A stretch of DNA of 64,000 bases from Vicinamibacteria bacterium. GTDB lineage: Bacteria; Acidobacteriota; Vicinamibacteria; Marinacidobacterales; Marinacidobacteraceae. The DNA lies in assembly GCA_963668695.2 (NCBI GenBank), contig CAXXLQ010000004.1, forward strand, positions 3,424,001-3,488,000, in the 5' to 3' direction. A program made the position numbers and the translations under genes. Below are positions 1 through 8,698 of this stretch, piece after piece. The first letter of the stretch is position 1; each line of letters begins with the position of its first letter. The notes under the pieces are model-generated. The model was not told the DNA's origin, searched no databases, and saw nothing but the letters and a program-made list of their open reading frames with translations.

Positions 1-59
1 GGCGGTTCAGGCGGGATGCATCGCCCGTCGAACGCCGCGTGGGTTTTGCCACAGGTTGT
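1..59 (-). mobile_element. MITE copy, truncated by window edge
   Basis: Ends in GGGTTTTGCCACAGGTTGT followed by TA (60-61). The reverse complement matches the start of the 7013-7193 copy. Confidence 0.8.
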
Positions 60-61
60 TA

Positions 62-217
62 ACAGCCTGTGGCGAAACCCAGGCGGCCCAGTTCTCCCGG
101 TGGGGGCTCCTCCCTCACGCGCCTTGCCAGCCGGACCCCCACCGGGAGAACTGGGCCTCGCCCCCACCGGGAGGACTGGCCGGTCTCGGCGCTCACCCGG
201 GTTCCACCACAGGCTGT
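62..217 (+). mobile_element. MITE (TIR ACAGCCkGTGGyGrAACCC, TA target duplication)
   Basis: Reads ACAGCCTGTGGCGAAACCC...GGGTTCCACCACAGGCTGT, with TA at 60-61 and 218-219. Internal modules are shared with copies at 6.4, 7.0, 7.2, 49.1 and 51.3 kb. Confidence 0.85.
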
Positions 218-228
218 TAGGGCTGTTG

Positions 229-435
229 GCAGCCGGTGGCGAAACCCTGAAGGCAACCATCCGCGGCGCGTAGCGCCGCGGGGGTGGGGTGTGGGGAGGG
301 GTGTCCCCTCCCCACCGGAGACGGCGGAGCGAATCGCCCACCAACCCGTGGGGAAAGCGCCCCGCCCGCACCCAAACCGCCAGATTCGGCGCACGGGACG
401 CCCGGCGCGTGCGGGGTGCTTTCGCCACGGGCTAC
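229..435. mobile_element. MITE-like element with related TIRs but different interior
   Basis: Reads GCAGCCGGTGGCGAAAC...TTTCGCCACGGGCTAC, flanked by TG on both sides. Internal hairpins at 261-281 and 291-315. Confidence 0.6.
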
Positions 436-1013
436 TGCCAGGCCGCCGGCGCGATGAGCACCTCGATTTCCTCCTCGGCAACGGTGGCGTCGCTTGTTTC
501 GAGTCGCGCCCGCACCAACCAGCGAAAACGGCCCTCGAAGGACCGATAGGAAAAACGGGCGTCCTCGGGGATCGGGAGCTCCGAGGTGACCTCCCACTGG
601 CCCCCGGCCGGCAGTGACTCGCCGCGGCAGAGCTCATGATCCAGCGACAGCACCTTCCGGCTCGCCCCCTGCGCGTCACGCTGCTCGGCGGTCAGCGTCA
701 CCCGGACCTCCTTGATCTCGACCGGCCGCCTTGTCACGATGCGAACCGCGCAGCGGATCGCTCCACCTGGCACGGCCGCTTCGCTGAGGCCAAGATCACA
801 AACCGAAAACGGGTGCCACCCCAGAAACCACACGGTCGCGCCCGCTGAGCGAATGACGAAAAAAGCCACCAGGAGGCCACCGAGCAGCCAGGGCAGCGTC
901 CAGTTGTAAAAGGTCGCAAGGTGGACAAAGAAGAGCGCCCCCAAAACGGTGCCGGAAAGCGAGAGCAGCGAGCGCCGCTTGTCGCGGGCGATGAGCGAAG
1001 TCCAGACGAGCAT
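432..1013 (-). CDS. Membrane protein with two N-terminal TM segments and a beta-sandwich (arrestin/SpoOM-like) C-terminal domain
   Basis: 193 aa ORF with hydrophobic helices followed by a beta-rich pattern. The stop codon lies within the right TIR of the 229-435 element. Confidence 0.6.
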   Translation of the reverse strand: MLVWTSLIARDKRRSLLSLSGTVLGALFFVHLATFYNWTLPWLLGGLLVAFFVIRSAGATVWFLGWHPFSVCDLGLSEAAVPGGAIRCAVRIVTRRPVEIKEVRVTLTAEQRDAQGASRKVLSLDHELCRGESLPAGGQWEVTSELPIPEDARFSYRSFEGRFRWLVRARLETSDATVAEEEIEVLIAPAAWQ

Positions 1014-1046
1014 GGCCGGCCGTCAGCTTCCCGAGAGGACCAGCTT

Positions 1047-1916
1047 GTGCAGCCGGTGAAACGGAGCGCGGACGGCACGCCGGATTCTAGGCCCCGCGTT
1101 CTCGTCGTCGGACACCTGACCGAGGATCTGACTCGTCAAGGGCCGCGGCTCGGCGGCGCCGCCGCCTACGCGGGGCTGCTGGCCCACCGGTTCGGTGGCC
1201 GGGTCACGATCCTGACCGCGGCCGACGCGGCGTTTCCGTACCTCGAAGGTTTCGCCGGAATCGCCATTCACCGGGTGCCCTCCCGGGACCGGACCCGGTT
1301 CGAAAACCGCTACCGGGCAAACGGCGCGCGGGAACAGACGATCCTGAGCCGCGCGGCGGTCATCCCGGAAACACAAATCCGCCGCGCGGTGGGAGAACTT
1401 CCGCCCGGATCGGCGGTCCTCTACTGCCCAGTCGCCGATGAACTCGGCGGTGCCGGCCCCCTGCCCCGCCCGCACGGAGCGCGCGCCCTCGCCGGAGCCG
1501 CTCTCCAGGGTTTGCTGCGTCGCTGGGACAACAAAGGACGAGTTTCCATCCGTTGGTCGCCGGAAATCATCGAGAGACTCTCGGATCTCGACTTCGTGTC
1601 CGTTTCCGAAACGGAGTTTCCGGAAGGAACCGACCTCCCGCTCCCCATCGTGGCCGTGACCCGGGGCCGCCACGGGACGGTGCTTTGTCGTCCGGGACGC
1701 CCGGCCACGGAGGTTCCCGCTGTCTCCGCCGTCGAGGTGGACCCCACGGGGGCGGGTGACGTGTTCGCCGCGGCGCTGCTGATCGGGCTGTGGAACCAAA
1801 GGCCGGTCCACCAAGCCGCCCAACTCGCAGCCGCCGCGGCGGCGATCAGCGTCGAGTCGCCGGGAACCGAGGGAATCCCGACGCTCGACGAAGCAACCGC
1901 CCGGATCAGCGCGTGA
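1047..1916 (+). CDS. PfkB-family carbohydrate kinase
   Basis: N-terminal GGAAAY and C-terminal VDPTGAGDVF motifs. GTG at 1047 follows a GAGAGGA RBS. Confidence 0.9.
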   Translation: MQPVKRSADGTPDSRPRVLVVGHLTEDLTRQGPRLGGAAAYAGLLAHRFGGRVTILTAADAAFPYLEGFAGIAIHRVPSRDRTRFENRYRANGAREQTILSRAAVIPETQIRRAVGELPPGSAVLYCPVADELGGAGPLPRPHGARALAGAALQGLLRRWDNKGRVSIRWSPEIIERLSDLDFVSVSETEFPEGTDLPLPIVAVTRGRHGTVLCRPGRPATEVPAVSAVEVDPTGAGDVFAAALLIGLWNQRPVHQAAQLAAAAAAISVESPGTEGIPTLDEATARISA

Positions 1917-1929
1917 GCAGCGGGATGGC

Positions 1930-1981
1930 GTGGGAACGCCGGCCTTCAGGCCGGCACCGCCCGCCGAAAGGCGGGCGAGAG
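1930..1981 (+). repeat. REP-like hairpin element (family 2)
   Basis: GTGGGAACGCCGGCCTTCAGGCCGGCA followed by CCCGCCGAAAGGCGGG. Similar to 13655-13700 and 39548-39588. Lies between convergent genes. Confidence 0.65.
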
Positions 1982-2057
1982 CACGCGCTGCCGACGTGCG
2001 TGAGGCGCGCCAATGCCGGAAACGGACAGCGTCACCGTTGCGGGTGGCTGAGCCGGG

Positions 2058-2732
2058 CTATCGCGTGAGCAACGGGATGGCGTCCGGACTCACCCGCGCC
2101 CCGGTTACCCGCCAGGCCCAGATCCCACGTCGCTGAAACAGGATGTCAGCCCAGAGCGGATCCTCGTCCGGGGGATCGTTCTGGACTCCCAGCCGAACGG
2201 CGAAGTCGTTCCACCCCTCGTAGCCGGCGCTCACCGATACCCCGCCCACCCGGTCGGACTCCTGCTGCGCTTCCCCGCCGAGATCGAGGAAGGCCGACCA
2301 TCCTTTCGCGGCGGAGGGGCCCTCGCGGAGCGCCCGGTCCACCCCCTCGGGGGTCGCGAACCGGTCAATCATCGCCTCGCCCACGGCGACTGCGAGTTGC
2401 CCCCCCAGATCAGGCGCCGGCTCGGGGGTTTCGGATCCCCCGTCTTCCAACTCGGCGCTTCGCCGGCTCTCGGCCCGTTGCGAGGCTCCGACCGTGCGGC
2501 GCAACTCGCTCTTGAGATTCTCCCGAACCGCTTCGAAGTCCACGAAGTCGTGGAGAGTGTCCGCATCCCCGAGGGCGACCGCCTCGCGGATGCGCCAGGC
2601 CGCGAAGTAGGGGCCCAGATAGATGCTGGCGCCGAGGCCCAGGAAAACCGCCCAGCCAAGGAGCAGATAAAGACGCCGGCGGCTCACTTGGACAATACTA
2701 ACGGCCGGGAATCCCTCGGGTTCCCGAAACAA
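2058..2732 (-). CDS. DUF2939-like membrane-anchored protein (start uncertain)
   Basis: TM helix followed by a PY..A..I..A...GD...L...VDF.AVR..LK pattern, with a C-terminal RRG..W..T. Confidence 0.75.
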   Translation of the reverse strand: MFREPEGFPAVSIVQVSRRRLYLLLGWAVFLGLGASIYLGPYFAAWRIREAVALGDADTLHDFVDFEAVRENLKSELRRTVGASQRAESRRSAELEDGGSETPEPAPDLGGQLAVAVGEAMIDRFATPEGVDRALREGPSAAKGWSAFLDLGGEAQQESDRVGGVSVSAGYEGWNDFAVRLGVQNDPPDEDPLWADILFQRRGIWAWRVTGARVSPDAIPLLTR

Positions 2733-2761
2733 CCGCCCCGGATCCGGGGCCCCGGGAAACA

Positions 2762-3727
2762 GTGGGAAAACTCGTCGCTCCTCCGGTCGAATCGGCCGAG
2801 TCCTCCGTCCATTTCGCCCTGGACGGAGGCGTCTTCGGCGGCCTTACCGAAGCCCATCTGCAACACGCCATTTCGCCCCGTGAGTTGGCGGGCTTCCAGC
2901 GGGATGGCTACCTCGTCATTCCGAACGCGCTCGGCAAGGGTGAGTTGGCCCGTCTCCTCGAGGCAGTGGACCGCCTCGATGAACGGGAGCGCGGGCGCCT
3001 GGAACTCGCTCCGGGCGACATGATGTCCCGCTTCTGTGTCATTCGCTTCGACCCGGCGTTCCTCGAACTCGTCAGTTGGGTTTGGACGTTTCCCAAGGTG
3101 TGGGGCATCCTCGGCTGGAACATCCAGCTCTACATCTCGCATCTGGTGGTGTACCCGCCGGAAACCTGGGGCGGCCAACAGTGTCGGGCGCCTGTCTGGC
3201 ACCAGGACAGTGGCCGTCCGGTCCTGGAGTTGGAGCGCCCCGCTCCCCGGCTCTCGGTGAAGGTTGCCTATTGGCTCACCGACACGCACGGCGGAGGCCG
3301 CGGCGCCATGGAGGTGATTCCGGGGAGCCACCGGCTCGACGCGCCGCCACCCGAGTGCGACGATCCGGAATGGGATGGCCGGTTCCTGCTGGAGGCGTCC
3401 CCCGGCGACGCGGTCATCTTCGACCGCCGGCTCTGGCACCGTCACGGCAAGAACACCTCCGACGTGGTGCGCAAGGCCCTTTTCTTCGGGTACAGCTACC
3501 GGTGGCTCCGGGCGCTCGACTACTCGGCGATGCCGGAAGCGCTGCTTGAGCGCTGCGATCCGGTCCTCCGGCAGCTCCTTGGAGACGGCCTTACGGAAGT
3601 GGGGTGGTACCAACCGCAGCCCGAAGACGTGCCGCTTCGATCCTGGCTTGCCGCCCGCGTGGGCGAAGAGGGGCTCTGGCAACCTCCCTCCTCCCAGCCA
3701 CAGCAGGAACTGGGGTCCCGGGAGTGA
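2762..3727 (+). CDS. Phytanoyl-CoA dioxygenase family Fe(II)/2OG oxygenase
   Basis: [28 protein letters not shown] and a distal Arg. Confidence 0.9.
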   Translation: MGKLVAPPVESAESSVHFALDGGVFGGLTEAHLQHAISPRELAGFQRDGYLVIPNALGKGELARLLEAVDRLDERERGRLELAPGDMMSRFCVIRFDPAFLELVSWVWTFPKVWGILGWNIQLYISHLVVYPPETWGGQQCRAPVWHQDSGRPVLELERPAPRLSVKVAYWLTDTHGGGRGAMEVIPGSHRLDAPPPECDDPEWDGRFLLEASPGDAVIFDRRLWHRHGKNTSDVVRKALFFGYSYRWLRALDYSAMPEALLERCDPVLRQLLGDGLTEVGWYQPQPEDVPLRSWLAARVGEEGLWQPPSSQPQQELGSRE

Positions 3728-4176
3728 TCGGGGCGCGGGGGGCGCTGGCCGCCATCGCCCTCGGTTCGGCGTTCGCCCTGGCTTCGATGGCCGGTGTCCC
3801 GCCCGCCCCACAAGCGGAACCGAGCGCCGAACCCCTCTCGGTGGGAGAGCTGCGGGATCGGGCTCGAGAAATCCTCGCCGGAGTCCAGGAACGCGAGGTT
3901 CCTCTATCGGTGGCCCGTCGACAGATCGAACAGCTCCTGCGCGACCTGAAAGCGCTGGGCGAAGCGGAAGGCTGGAGCCCGGTGAACCGCCGCCTCGAAA
4001 TGACGATCGCCCGGCCCGAGGACCTCCGCCCCACCGTCACCGAGGAATGTCCCCTCTTCTTCGAGGAGGAGCTCATCCAGCTCTGCCCGCTCGACCAGTC
4101 CCGTTCGGAAATCTGGGGCAACCAGGTGCTGGTCTGCGAGTTCGCCTGCGCCCCGGAATCAGATCCGGCCCGGTGA
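3724..4176 (+). CDS. Hypothetical secreted protein (4 Cys in C-terminal part)
   Basis: GTGA overlaps with both neighbours and a signal-peptide-like N-terminus. Confidence 0.7.
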   Translation: MIGARGALAAIALGSAFALASMAGVPPAPQAEPSAEPLSVGELRDRAREILAGVQEREVPLSVARRQIEQLLRDLKALGEAEGWSPVNRRLEMTIARPEDLRPTVTEECPLFFEEELIQLCPLDQSRSEIWGNQVLVCEFACAPESDPAR

Positions 4177-5744
4177 CTGTGCGGTCCGGGCGGTCGCGCC
4201 GCACCCTGCGGCCGCTCTACCGGCCCAAAGACGCACCGGGAGGCGAAGAGCGGACCGGCGTACCGGGCGTCCCACCCTTCACCCGCGGAATCCGCACCGG
4301 CGGGTACCGCGATCGGCTCTGGACTATGCGCCAGTACGCGGGCTACGCCACTGCGGCCGAATCCAACCGCCGCTACCGGTATCTGCTCGAAAGCGGACAG
4401 ACGGGCCTGTCGGTGGCCTTCGATCTGCCCACCCAGATCGGCTACGACTCCGACCACCCGCTGGCGGCGGGTGAAGTGGGCCGCGTCGGGGTCGCCATCG
4501 ATTCCCTCGATGACATGGAAACGCTCTTCCGAGGCATCGCTCTCGACGGCGTTTCGACCTCGATGACGATCAACGCGACGGCTCCCATTCTGGTCGCGCT
4601 CTACGTGGCGGCGGCCCGGCGCCAGGGAGTGCCGCTTTCGAAGATCGCCGGAACCGTCCAGAACGACATCCTCAAGGAGTACGCGGCACGGGGCACCTGG
4701 ATCTATCCGCCCGAGCCGTCCATGCGGCTCGCCACCGACCTCATCGAGTGGAGCCGCCGGGAGTTGCCACGCTTCCAGCCAGTGAGCGTGAGCGGGTATC
4801 ACATGCGGGAAGCCGGCTGCACCGCAGCGCAGGAGGTGGGTTTCACACTGGCCAACGGCCTCGCCTACGTCCAGTGGACCGTGGAACGGGGTCTGTCGGT
4901 GGACGAGGTGGCAACCCGCGTTTCCTTCTTTTTCAACGCCCACCGGGACTTCCTGGAGGAGGTCGCCAAGTTCCGCGCGGCCCGCCGCCTCTGGGCGCGG
5001 CTTCTGCAAGAGCGTTTCGGCTCCGAGAGCCCGAGGGCCCAGATGCTGCGGTTCCACGCCCAGACCGCGGGGTCCACCCTGACGGCCCTCGAACCCCAGG
5101 TGAATGTGGTCCGCACCACCCTGGAAGCTCTCGCCGCGGTGCTCGGCGGGACGCAATCGCTTCATACGAACGCGCTCGACGAGGCACTGGGGCTTCCGAC
5201 CGAGGAAACGGCCGAACTAGCGCTCCGCACCCAGCAGGTGATCGCCTTCGAGAGCGGGGTGGCGGCGACGGCCGATCCGCTCGGCGGCTCGTGGGCCATC
5301 GAGGCGCTGACCGACCAGATCGAGGCGGAGGCGCTCGACTGGATCGAGCAGGTGGACCGGTTGGGCGGCGCGGTTGCGGCCATCAGGGCGGGTTTCGTTC
5401 AGGCGCGCATCCAGGAAGCCGCCTACACCTACCAGCAGGACGTGGAAGCCGGCGACGAAATCGTCGTGGGGGTAAACCGATTCCGGCAGGAGGGAGAGCG
5501 AAGCCGCGTCGAACCGTTCGAACTGGATGCGGAAACGGAAACCTCCCAGGTCGAACGGGTGCGGCGGGTGCGCGCCCGCAGAGAGGCGACGGAGGTGGAC
5601 CGCACGCTTCGGGAGGTCCGCCAAGTGGCCGCCGAAGGAGGCAACCTGATGCCCGCCATTCTGGCCGCGGTTTCGGCGATGGCCACCGTCGGGGAGATCA
5701 GCGACGCGCTGAGGGCCGTCTTCGGCGAGCACCGGGGCAACTGA
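4173..5744 (+). CDS. Methylmalonyl-CoA/acyl-CoA mutase, large (catalytic) subunit
   Basis: [40 protein letters not shown] and GGTQSLHTN motifs. No fused B12-binding domain. Confidence 0.95.
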   Translation: MTVRSGRSRRTLRPLYRPKDAPGGEERTGVPGVPPFTRGIRTGGYRDRLWTMRQYAGYATAAESNRRYRYLLESGQTGLSVAFDLPTQIGYDSDHPLAAGEVGRVGVAIDSLDDMETLFRGIALDGVSTSMTINATAPILVALYVAAARRQGVPLSKIAGTVQNDILKEYAARGTWIYPPEPSMRLATDLIEWSRRELPRFQPVSVSGYHMREAGCTAAQEVGFTLANGLAYVQWTVERGLSVDEVATRVSFFFNAHRDFLEEVAKFRAARRLWARLLQERFGSESPRAQMLRFHAQTAGSTLTALEPQVNVVRTTLEALAAVLGGTQSLHTNALDEALGLPTEETAELALRTQQVIAFESGVAATADPLGGSWAIEALTDQIEAEALDWIEQVDRLGGAVAAIRAGFVQARIQEAAYTYQQDVEAGDEIVVGVNRFRQEGERSRVEPFELDAETETSQVERVRRVRARREATEVDRTLREVRQVAAEGGNLMPAILAAVSAMATVGEISDALRAVFGEHRGN

Positions 5745-5748
5745 TCCG

Positions 5749-6369
5749 GTGCCCGAACCGGTGGCGCCCTCTTTCGGCGAGATCCTGGCCGCCGGGCGTT
5801 ACTCCGACTTTCGGGAGCGGCTCCGCGGAAGCGGCTGCACGCGCTGCGGGCTCGCGGCAGGCAGGACCCACATCGTGGTGGACCGCGGGAATCCGGAGGC
5901 CGCCATCCTCGCGGTCGGAGAAGCGCCCGGGGCTTCCGAGGACGCCCGAGGCATCGCATTCTCTGGACGCGCCGGGAAGATGCTGGACGAACTCTTCCGA
6001 GGCGCCGGCCTCTCGACCGACGAACACCTGTTCATCGTGAATGTGGTGAAGTGCCGCCCGCCCCGCAACCGAGCGCCGCACGCCGAGGAAGCCGCCCGCT
6101 GCCGGCCATTTCTGGAGCGGCAACTCGCCCTCTCACCGGCTCGAATCATCGCGCTCATGGGGGCCACCGCACTACGCCATTTCGCCCCGGAACGCGCGAA
6201 GGGGCCGCTCGGCGCTCAGGTGGGCCGTTTCTTCCGCCTGCCGACCTGGCCTGACCGCGATTTCGTCACGCTCTACCACCCGGCCGCGATCCTGTACAAC
6301 CGGTCGCTGGAGGCGCGTGCGCGGGAGCATGTCCGAGCGCTGGCGGCCCGAATCCAGAGCAGCCGCTGA
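5749..6369 (+). CDS. Uracil-DNA glycosylase family 4 (Fe-S)
   Basis: CTRC, GEAPG, KCRPP.NR.P and YHPA motifs. Confidence 0.93.
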   Translation: MPEPVAPSFGEILAAGRYSDFRERLRGSGCTRCGLAAGRTHIVVDRGNPEAAILAVGEAPGASEDARGIAFSGRAGKMLDELFRGAGLSTDEHLFIVNVVKCRPPRNRAPHAEEAARCRPFLERQLALSPARIIALMGATALRHFAPERAKGPLGAQVGRFFRLPTWPDRDFVTLYHPAAILYNRSLEARAREHVRALAARIQSSR

Positions 6370-6396
6370 TGGCCCGGCTGATGGCCCGGATCCCTA

Positions 6397-6668
6397 ACAG
6401 CCGGTGGTGAAACCCACGTGAGCGCCGAGGCTGGCCAGTTCTCCCGGTGGGGGCGAGGCCCAGTTCTCCCGGTGGGGCCAGTTCTCCCGGTGGGGGCCCG
6501 GCTGACAAGGCGCGTGAGGGAGGAGCCCCCACCGGGAGAACTGGCCCGGGTGTATTTCGACCGAAACGCAACGCAGAACGCAGCGAAGCGGAGTGGTTCA
6601 GCCGGGATGGATCGCCGGTCGAGCCCCCACCGGGAGAACTGGGCCGCGTGGGTTTTGCCACAGGCTGC
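6397..6668 (-). mobile_element. MITE copy (reverse orientation)
   Basis: TA|ACAGCCGGTGGTGAAACCC...GGGTTTTGCCACAGGCTGC|TA. Inverted relative to 7196-7448. Confidence 0.85.
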
Positions 6669-6731
6669 TAACTCCGCTCGCGGATGTTCCCGGTCACGCT
6701 GCCGACCCGGGACGAGGTGTACTGATCGATG

Positions 6732-6752
6732 ATATATCTCAATGAGATATAT
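6732..6752. promoter_or_regulatory. Probable VapBC operator palindrome
   Basis: Perfect inverted repeat ATATATCTCA-A-TGAGATATAT, 16 bp upstream of the vapB ATG. Confidence 0.75.
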
Positions 6753-6768
6753 TTTCTGGGAGAGGGTC

Positions 6769-7026
6769 ATGGCACAAACCGCGAAGCTGTTCTGGTCCGG
6801 GCGTTCGCAAGCGGTGCGCCTGCCGAAGTCGTTCCGGATGGAAGGGAGCGAAGTGCGGATCCGGCGTCAAGGCCGCACGGTGATCCTCGAGCCGATCGCA
6901 GAAGACTGGGCGTGGCTTGACGCCATCGGCGGCGCCTTCTCCGACGATTTTTTCGCTGAGGGACGACAGCAACCTGACGAACAGGAACGACCCGCTCTGG
7001 ACACCCTGTTTAACAGCCGGTGGTGA
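6769..7026 (+). CDS. vapB: VapB/VagC (AbrB-fold) antitoxin
   Basis: TAKLF.SGRSQAVRLPK.FR motif and GGGAGAGG RBS. The last codons are supplied by the MITE TIR. Confidence 0.93.
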   Translation: MAQTAKLFWSGRSQAVRLPKSFRMEGSEVRIRRQGRTVILEPIAEDWAWLDAIGGAFSDDFFAEGRQQPDEQERPALDTLFNSRW

Positions 7027-7193
7027 AACCCGCGCGGCGTTCGAGCGGCGATCCATCCCGCCTGAACCGCGCCGCTTTGCGGCGCTCTGCGTTGCGTTTC
7101 GGTCGAAATACACTCGGTATTCCTCCCTCACGCGCCTTGTCAGCCGGGCGCCTCACCGCTCTCGGCGCTCACCCGGGTTCCACCACAGGCTGT
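7013..7193 (+). mobile_element. MITE copy inserted in vapB 3' end
   Basis: TA at 7011-7012 and 7194-7195, with complete TIRs. Lacks the 20-bp internal units. Confidence 0.88.
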
Positions 7194-7195
7194 TA

Positions 7196-7448
7196 ACAGC
7201 CGGTGGTGAAACCCACGCGGCCCAGTTCTCCCGGTGGGGGCTCGGCCGGCGATCCATCCCGGTTGAACCGCGTCGCTTCGCGCCGCTCATCGTTGCGTTT
7301 CGGTCGAAATACACCCGGGCCAGTTCTCCCGGTAGGGGCTCCTCCCTCACGCGCCTTGTCAGCCGGGCCCCCACCGGGAGAACTGGCCCCACCGGGAGAA
7401 CTGGGCCTCACCGGCCTCGGCGCTCACCCGGGTTTCACCACAGGCTGT
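7196..7448 (+). mobile_element. MITE copy, tandem with previous
   Basis: Shares the TA at 7194-7195 and ends GGCTGT|TA (7449-7450). Carries four 20-bp units. Confidence 0.88.
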
Positions 7449-7454
7449 TAGCTG

Positions 7455-7886
7455 ATGCGGTACCTGCTCGACACCAACGCCTGCATCGCCCTGCTGAACC
7501 GAAGCGATCCCGGTCTGGAAGCGCGCGTTCGCCGCCAACGGGTGGCGGACATCGGTCTGCCCGCCCCGGTGGCGTACGAGCTGTACTACGGCGCTTTCAA
7601 GAGTGGCCGCCCGGACGAGAACCTCGCGCGGCTCGACAGCGTCGGGCTGGAAATCGTCCCCTTCGATGCAGCCGACGCCCGATCGGCGGGAGCCGTCCGG
7701 GCCGGACTGGAACGCTCTGGACGCCCGATCGGTCCGTACGACGTCCTCATCGCCGGCCAGGCCCGCGCCAGAGGGTTGGTGCTCATAACAGCCAACATGC
7801 GGGAATTCCTCCGGGTTGACGGCCTGGACTGCGAGGACTGGTCCGACCCGGGGACCGGCAACACCCGCACCACATCCGACCGGTAG
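7455..7886 (+). CDS. vapC: VapC PIN-domain toxin
   Basis: YLLDTN, EL..GA, G.PIGPYD.LIAG.A and LIT.N.REF.RV.GL..EDW. Confidence 0.95.
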   Translation: MRYLLDTNACIALLNRSDPGLEARVRRQRVADIGLPAPVAYELYYGAFKSGRPDENLARLDSVGLEIVPFDAADARSAGAVRAGLERSGRPIGPYDVLIAGQARARGLVLITANMREFLRVDGLDCEDWSDPGTGNTRTTSDR

Positions 7887-7932
7887 CCCGCCCGCCTCCG
7901 GCGAGCGGTGCCGGTGTGAAGACGGCGGTCCC
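7887..7932 (-). repeat. REP-like family 2 variant
   Basis: Reverse complement GGGACCGCCGTCTTCACACCGGCACCGCTCGCCGGAGGCGGGC. Shares GAGCGGTGCCGGTGTGAA with 39645-39662. Confidence 0.55.
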
Positions 7933-8618
7933 TACCCCTGGAACAAGGAGGGCTGCCCGCGGAGTTCGCGGATGACGTCCCAGTTCCAGCTCAGGCGGGT
8001 TTCGGCCGGCAGCCTGCCGGTCCGGTGGTGGTAGGAACGGAGAAAGCGCTCGGTGGCCGCGTTGACGTAGCCGCCTCCCCTTACTTCTCCGTACTCGGCG
8101 ACGTAGTTCTCCATGATGGTTTCGAGCAGCGCATCCCGGCGGTCTTTCGCGATCACGCTCGCGGCAGCAACCGCCACGTGATGCGACTCGCCGTCGTCCA
8201 TCGCCTCCAGGTGGGGATAGCGCTGGCGAAGCGCTTCGAAGAGCCGGCGCCCGTCGGCCACCACGCGGCGGACCGGACCGGCTTCTCTCAGGATTTCATC
8301 GGCGGCCCGCCGTTCGAGGACGTTGAGGTCCCCGGCCTCGGCGTAGCGGTCCACCTCGGCGGCATCCAGCACCCGGACGCCGATGCACTCGGCGAGCCGC
8401 TCGATGTGCGAAGTCAGCGCGCGTCGATGGGTGCGGGCGGCGTCTCCCGCTCCGAACTGTTTGGAGTCGCGGACCCCCAGCCGGGTGAGGGCTCCGGCCT
8501 TCAGGGGATCGAGCGCGACGCCCGCCACCACCATCGGTCCGAGCGCCGCGCCCCGCCCCGCCTCGTCGAGGCCCAGCACCCAGCGATCCCGACGGGCGGG
8601 CTGCGAGTCAGGAGGCAT
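7932..8618 (-). CDS. rnhB: Ribonuclease HII
   Basis: GLDEAGRG..LGPMVV, GVRDSK and VAAASVIAK..RD motifs. Confidence 0.92.
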   Translation of the reverse strand: MPPDSQPARRDRWVLGLDEAGRGAALGPMVVAGVALDPLKAGALTRLGVRDSKQFGAGDAARTHRRALTSHIERLAECIGVRVLDAAEVDRYAEAGDLNVLERRAADEILREAGPVRRVVADGRRLFEALRQRYPHLEAMDDGESHHVAVAAASVIAKDRRDALLETIMENYVAEYGEVRGGGYVNAATERFLRSYHHRTGRLPAETRLSWNWDVIRELRGQPSLFQG

Positions 8619-8698
8619 GAACTGCGGAGCGGGATATCCCCGGGTGGGTTCTTGCGGCCTCACGGACCCGCCAGCCGGAATAGAGTTCCTTACGTAGC

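Noticed and set aside
3375-4172. Long N-terminal extension of the mutase, and similar extensions for ORFs starting at 9277, 43603, 53240 and 58451
   Set aside because: These are Arg/Pro/Gly-rich shadow frames overlapping real upstream genes. Better starts with an RBS or stop/start overlap lie downstream.
6397-7448. CRISPR array
   Set aside because: The repeats occur in both orientations, the intervening sequences recur between loci rather than being unique spacers, spacing is irregular, and there are no cas genes.
6418-7451. Small repeated proteins encoded by the MITEs (e.g. 'PHRENW', 'PPGELG' ORFs)
   Set aside because: They appear in all frames and strands, and indels between copies do not preserve frame.
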